Assembly: GCA_040285825.1 (NCBI GenBank)
Contig: JAUPSS010000006.1
Location: 1,178,001-1,242,000, forward strand
DNA: 64,000 nt
Direction of reading: 5' to 3'
Source of the DNA: Eukaryota sp. TZLM1-RC
Lineage: Eukaryota > Protista > Metamonada: BaSk clade
Shown here: positions 58,591 through 64,000 of the stretch, piece after piece
Layout: each line of letters begins with the position of its first letter
Numbering within the stretch: position 1 is the stretch's first letter
The notes under the pieces: generated by a model
Databases searched by the model: none
What the model saw: only the letters and a program-made list of their open reading frames with translations
Told to the model about the DNA's origin: nothing
Made by a program: the position numbers and the translations under genes

Positions 58591-59269
58591 TGTGAGGAGT
58601 AATTTGAAGGGGATATCATTAGGTTTGTAGCTGTAAATATCTACAGTTGTTGAGAATAATTGAAATTAACAACGGTGAGACGCTTCTAAATAAAAAAATT
58701 CTATAAAAATACAATAATTAATATATAAAATAACTCTTAATGATGGAATTGGTCAAGTAGTGGCTACGGTTCTGATTGAGAACCCAAAATCACTGTTTTC
58801 TATTTATCCACAAAGAAAACACCGACGCATTACAACAGCTTGTGTATAAAAATTTGTTTCAATAGGGAATATGAATATTAATTCGAAAATAATATTAATA
58901 AATTTCAAATAATAAACTAAAACTAAAATATCATATTTTGTAGATGATCGATCCGATTACAATCAGTTTCTTGTTAATAGAATATTGAAATGTCATAATT
59001 TTGTTTTATCATATGGCAAAAACCTAAATTCTTTGTCAGATGCTTTTGGTGAGTTACATTATAAAAATAATCATCCATTTAACTTCATATTCAGAAAATC
59101 ATATCCCAAAGCAGTCAAAAAGAATCAACTATTTTCGAAAATACAATCCAGAAATCAATATCTGCGAAAAAAGGAAGCTTCCACACCATCAAACCGTACA
59201 ACAGAAATGTCAAAGCAATGTGCACTGATGCACATCACAGATTTTGAAATCATTTTGGGAATTGTTTAG

Positions 59270-59337
59270 AAAATAGTAAAATAACTACGATTTAACCACT
59301 GAAAAAAAAATAGTAAAATAACTACGATTTAATCACT
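59270..59337. repeat. Short direct duplication (31 bp, 37-bp period)
   Basis: AAAATAGTAAAATAACTACGATTTAA(C/T)CACT twice. Confidence 0.85.
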
Positions 59338-59954
59338 AATGATGATCAAAACGCTTATTCACCCTGTGATTTTCGAAATTTGCAAAATCATCAATAAAAT
59401 TCATAACAGTTTTTCCAAGACGTCCATACAGAGATTTAGCAAATGGGCAAATTTGGTCATCCACATGGCGAACTCATTTCCATTCTTTCCAAGGGTGGAA
59501 CTATAGTTCCTTCTGCCGATTGTACGATTCTGAATAATCAAGGGGTTATACTGCGGATTGTGCCTTTTTGAGGGCATCTTATTTGAATTTTTCAGAAATT
59601 GATTCACAGAGTTTCTATTTATACTAAACAATTATTCTACCTCTAAAAAAAGGGTTCCACATAACTAATGAAGGGGAAAGTATCAATTTCCATTCTGTTT
59701 TCTTCCAATCATGTTTATTATTTTTTGTTTTGAATATTTGAATGTTGAAAATATTCTCAGCTTTCTTGTTCATTTTTCTTGCAACTAATGAATGATTTTA
59801 TTAATAGGTACGCGCTGATTCCTCTTAATAATTGAGAGAGAGAGTGATTAATGAGGAAAGAGTCAAGAAAAACACAGATTAAAACAATAAATAATAACCA
59901 AGATTGCAAAAGTAGATTCACAAAAACAAAATAAATGGCAATAAACAACCTAAA

Positions 59955-61001
59955 TCATCGTTGATACAATGGTGAATAGCTTCTTCTAGGTGGAGACCTC
60001 GGACTCCGTGAACGTGCCCTCGTTGGTGAATAATGACTTCTTCTGGGAGAACGTCTACGTCGTGACATCGGTGGGCTCTCTGAACGTCGTCTGGGGTCTG
60101 GCGAATAGTTTACATCAGGAGAATAAACAGACCGCCTTTGTGGAGAGGCAGATCGTCTGTAAAGAGGCGAATAGCTACGAGGGGGTGGAGAACGTTCCCC
60201 GATTGATCGGTATGATTTACTTTCATATCGGGGAGGTGAAGGGTAATCTCCGACTGATCGGCGTCTCTTTGGACTTGGAGACCTCCGTGGACTATATCGC
60301 AAATGAGAATATCTGCTACGTTCTGGAGAGGGTACTGCTTTATACGAGCGAGAACTTGGTGGAGAATAGCTGTGGTCTGGAACTATAGGTGGTGAACTGG
60401 GATAACGTCTCCTATCTCTTGGACTGGTTGTTTCAACAAAACGGTATGGAGAACGTTCTCGAGGAGGTGAACTCTGTGGAGAACGTTGAAACTTAGATTG
60501 AAGTCTGTATAACCTATCTCGTTGCCTGGAATATCGATTAGGTCCTTCTTCTTCGCGAGAATATGAAGAAGAGCGTTTAGGGTCCCTTTCTGATTCTTCA
60601 AAGGTATCTGGAGAAACCTCTCCCCACTCAGGTGCCTCCCTCACATCGGGTGAACGATCACGAACATCATTTTGTTTAGTAGGAGGGGGATGATTTATAT
60701 GAAACTCATCCAATAGCTCCCGTTTTTTTGAGGCCACTGACAAGAGCACCTCCTCCTCAGGAAGTTCTTGCTTAAGCAACTCTTTTTCGTGTCGAGCTAG
60801 AGGAATGAAAACTTCTCGTCTCAATAAATCTCTATTGACAGATGATTGTGCTGTAACATGTCGCTTAAGGTTCTCAAGTTCTGAAGAAGCAGGACTTTTT
60901 GTAGGAAGGTTGGTTTGTTTAAAGGTAGATGCTAAGTTGCGTGAGACATATCCAGAGGTACCAAGACCCCTAGTAGATGTCACTCCAACCCCATTATACA
61001 T
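59955..61001 (-). CDS. CWC21: Cwc21/SRRM2-like splicing factor with RS/SP-rich tail
   Basis: N-terminus MYNGVGVTSTRGLGTSGYVSRNL is the conserved Cwc21/SRm300 start; Arg/Ser/Pro-rich C-terminus. Confidence 0.85.
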   Translation of the reverse strand: MYNGVGVTSTRGLGTSGYVSRNLASTFKQTNLPTKSPASSELENLKRHVTAQSSVNRDLLRREVFIPLARHEKELLKQELPEEEVLLSVASKKRELLDEFHINHPPPTKQNDVRDRSPDVREAPEWGEVSPDTFEESERDPKRSSSYSREEEGPNRYSRQRDRLYRLQSKFQRSPQSSPPRERSPYRFVETTSPRDRRRYPSSPPIVPDHSYSPPSSRSYKAVPSPERSRYSHLRYSPRRSPSPKRRRSVGDYPSPPRYESKSYRSIGERSPPPRSYSPLYRRSASPQRRSVYSPDVNYSPDPRRRSESPPMSRRRRSPRRSHYSPTRARSRSPRSPPRRSYSPLYQR

Positions 61002-61159
61002 TAAGAAAGGGTTGACAGGTTGATATGTCTTATTTCAAATTGGTAATTATTACAACTCCAATTCACTCGCTCTAGTTTCGGATGACTAACCAGTCTAGAT
61101 GATGGCTACAACATGATCAACACAAAATTCATGACTCGTTTCATTCTAGAAGCAATATC

Positions 61160-64000
61160 ATTTCTTCCACTCTTCTTTCTTCTTCTCCCTCCCTTAGTCA
61201 ACCCTTTCATATTTCACTTTCTGTCAAGGCGTCAAAGTCGTACTGTTTCTCTGTCAAAACGATGCCTTTGGCTGATAGTGACTCTGATACTGATTGGAAC
61301 GCCCAAGCAAAGATTCTACCAGTCAGATCAAGCTCATCCACTCCACTTCCCCACTCTCCCCACAATACAAGCTATGCTCGAAATTCATCTCAAAAAAATT
61401 TTCATTCAAAAACTGATCATTGTACCAGAAAAAACACAGAAAAACCACCATTACGTTCCTTGCGTTCTGTTGCGCGTTCTATTAACAACTCCGTTTCTCG
61501 AAATTTGTTTTCTCCAGCTGAAACTGCAAAAAGTCAAAAGTCTATTTCTACTTTTAACTCAAAAATTGACAAAATTGAAAGAACTGAAAAAATGAAACCA
61601 CTGCCATTAAAAGGTTCTAAAAAATGTTCGATTTGTGGTATCAGTGGTCATAATTCGAGAACGTGCCCTGAGAAACAAAAAAAGAATTTGAATTAAAATC
61701 TGCTCAACAAATTCTCAAATGTTCTGTTCCAGCTGTTGCCGTTGTGAAAGGTGCTGAAAATAATGTTTCTGACGATCAACAGTTAAATGCTTCTAGTGTT
61801 CCCTCTTCTTCCCCTTCTGAAAACAGTAATTTTTGTTGTCCATTTTGCAAAAAAGATGTTGCAGATTCACGAAATGGTCGAAAACTTCTGTTTTGTACGA
61901 ATTATAAAGCCGTTGATACCGTAAGACCCCCGATCCGGATCCCAGTAGAAATAAGTCCCGCCAGCACAATCCCCTTCTCAATGGAAATGAGAAATTTTAC
62001 TTCTGAATTGAAAAATAATAAGTGGAATATTTCATCCTTCTGGAAATATTTTGCTAGAAAAAACAAAAATTGTTTTAAGAAAAAATTTGGAAATAGAAAA
62101 ATTGTAAAATCAAAAATTTGCCGTAAATTGTGCTTACGTGGTCGTTATGGTGCCGCAAAGCAGTCTTTGTTTTCCTCTTCTTTGGCTGATGCAAATTCTG
62201 ATACCCTTGAAAAACTTCAAAAGTTGATCCTCAAGAAAATTTCAAGTGCAGCAAGCCTGAAGTGTGTTCTTTTTGGATTGAAAATCCTATTACTGCAATT
62301 GAAGTTCTTAAAGCTATTCAAAAATTGCCAAAGGGGAAAGCAGCAGGCCCATCTGGAATTTCTTTTGATCTGTTAAAAATAGCGTGTTCCAGTGCTCCCG
62401 AAATTGCTGATGATCTAGCCCACTATTTTCAACAATTGATTGTTTTGAAAATTAATCCTCCATTTGAATTACTCGCAGCACGTCTGATTGCTTTAGTAAG
62501 GCCTGGAAACGGAATCAAACCTGATGGAATACGCCCAATTGCTGTTGGTGAATCTCTTTCTCGTTTGCTAGCATCAATTGTCTTCGATCGTGTCAAAGAC
62601 AAAGCTTCTACATTTTTGAATCCTCATCAATTTGGAATCAAAACAATTGATGGTGCTTCTGTTGCTGCTATTGCCTTTGATACCTTTTTTAATGCAGAGG
62701 AAAATAATTTTATTTTTAATCTCGACTTTAAATTCTGTAAAGCGAGAAGCAATTTTTGAAGTTATTAAATCTGATTTCCCTGAGCTATCGAGTTTTTTCT
62801 ACCATTTTTATGGGAAAGAATCAGTTTTAATTTTTAATTCATTTGGTCTTAAATCATCTTCTGGAGTGAAGCAGGGAGATCCTTTAGGCCCATTATTGTT
62901 TTGTTTAGCTATTCACAAAACTTTAAATATCATTAAGCAAAAATACCCTTCTATAAAAATAGTTGCTTATATGGATGATATATCCTTGATTGGTTCATTT
63001 GATTTACTAGAATTGGTTGCTCAAGAAATTGCCGATTCATATGAAAATATTGGGCTTCATCTTTATGCCAGCAAATGCCTTCTGATTGGCTCTTCTGCTC
63101 AAGACCTCGTGATAAACGATTCTATTGTCCCTTTTACTAATTATAGTAGTGATGCTTTTAAGTTCCTTGGTTGTTGGTTAGGAAATGTGCCTCAAATTCA
63201 GAATGAATTGCAAGTTATTTTGGAAAAAATGAAAATTGAACTTGATTCAATTTCTTCTTTAGATGTAGAAAAGCATATTAAATTTTTCATGCTTAAAATT
63301 TGCTACACTGGGAGAATAACCCACATTTTGAGATCTTGTGCTCCTTCCATAGCATTAGATTTTTGTCGTTCTTTCAATTCATTGAGAACAGAATTTTTTG
63401 CTGATTTATTGGATGTAGAACCAGGAATGTTGAAAAGCCATTTATTTTCTTCAGCAAATTTGGGTGGTATAGGATTTACTAAATCTTCAATTTTGTGTCA
63501 ATCAGCATTCTTGGGTGGTGGCAAAAATTTTAATTATGAATTTTCTCGTAGATTTCCTGATGATTCTCATCTGTTAGTCCCCAATTGCAGTCCCTATTTG
63601 TATGAGTTATCTTGTCAACTTGAAAAATTGCCGCCACAAATTTGGACCAAATGTTTTCCTCAATCAATTCAAGAAATTCCAAACCGATCTCTTTTTAATT
63701 TACAGTTTTGCTGTAAAAAGCTTCAACAAAAATTGTCAAAGATTTTTGAAAGCTTGGATTTTGATGTTAGACTTGGCTTGGCCAAGAAAAAGAATCCCGC
63801 TTTTGCAAATCTTTTACAAGATATGTGTGACAGTACTTCCTCTGCCTTAGTAACAACAATTCCACAAGTTTATGGTACTCTCTTATCCGATTCTGCTTGG
63901 ACTCTGAATATGAGATCTCGTTCCTTTATCCGGCCTGATAATTTACCTCATAATTTAATTTGTAAATGTTCTCGAGAAATTACAACTACTCATCTGTTAA
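61160..64000 (+). mobile_element. Near full-length family B non-LTR element (5' end approximate; runs off the window), multiple frameshifts and stops
   Basis: ORF from 61262 with CSICGISGHNSRTC knuckle; AAGPSG, GIRPIAVGE, GVKQGDPLGP, AYMDD; 63801-64000 matches 33856-34055. Confidence 0.9.

Noticed and set aside
58985-59948. Short ORFs in AT-rich intergenic DNA, and the many antisense ORFs overlapping real genes elsewhere
   Set aside because: No motifs, low-complexity composition, or shadow frames of genuine CDSs.

Overview
Eukaryotic, AT-rich, almost intron-less genomic DNA. Two putative 26-28 nt spliceosomal introns and a Cwc21/SRRM2 gene suggest an intron-poor protist, possibly a metamonad (inference). 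Most frameshifts in young elements fall in homopolymer runs and are probably long-read errors. The window is a retroelement-dense, ubiquitin-ligase-rich accessory region with four components. (1) Three families (A, B, C) of CRE-clade-like RT + restriction-like-endonuclease non-LTR retrotransposons. These include a compact ~3.06-kb full-length family C copy with a 13-bp TSD, a nested A-in-B insertion with both TSDs intact, and two 5'-inverted (twin-priming-type) insertions. (2) A young 7.4-kb Ty3/Gypsy chromovirus-like LTR element with identical 156-bp LTRs, a TCTT TSD, a very long gag that starts inside the LTR, and no obvious tRNA PBS. (3) A TRIM-like (RING-Bbox-Bbox-coiled coil) family whose ~200-aa C-terminal alpha/beta domain is nearly invariant except at about 7 short hypervariable patches. 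The family also shows a domain-swapped member, a promoterless partial copy and orphan promoter copies. It is the best candidate here for an undescribed diversifying recognition/defence system. (4) Single genes: RING-kinase-LRR, a bacterial-type MMPL/RND transporter (LGT candidate), a class I HDAC (HDAC8-like), SPRY-RING, UBC9, a prosaposin-like protein, Cwc21/SRRM2 and two hypothetical membrane proteins.
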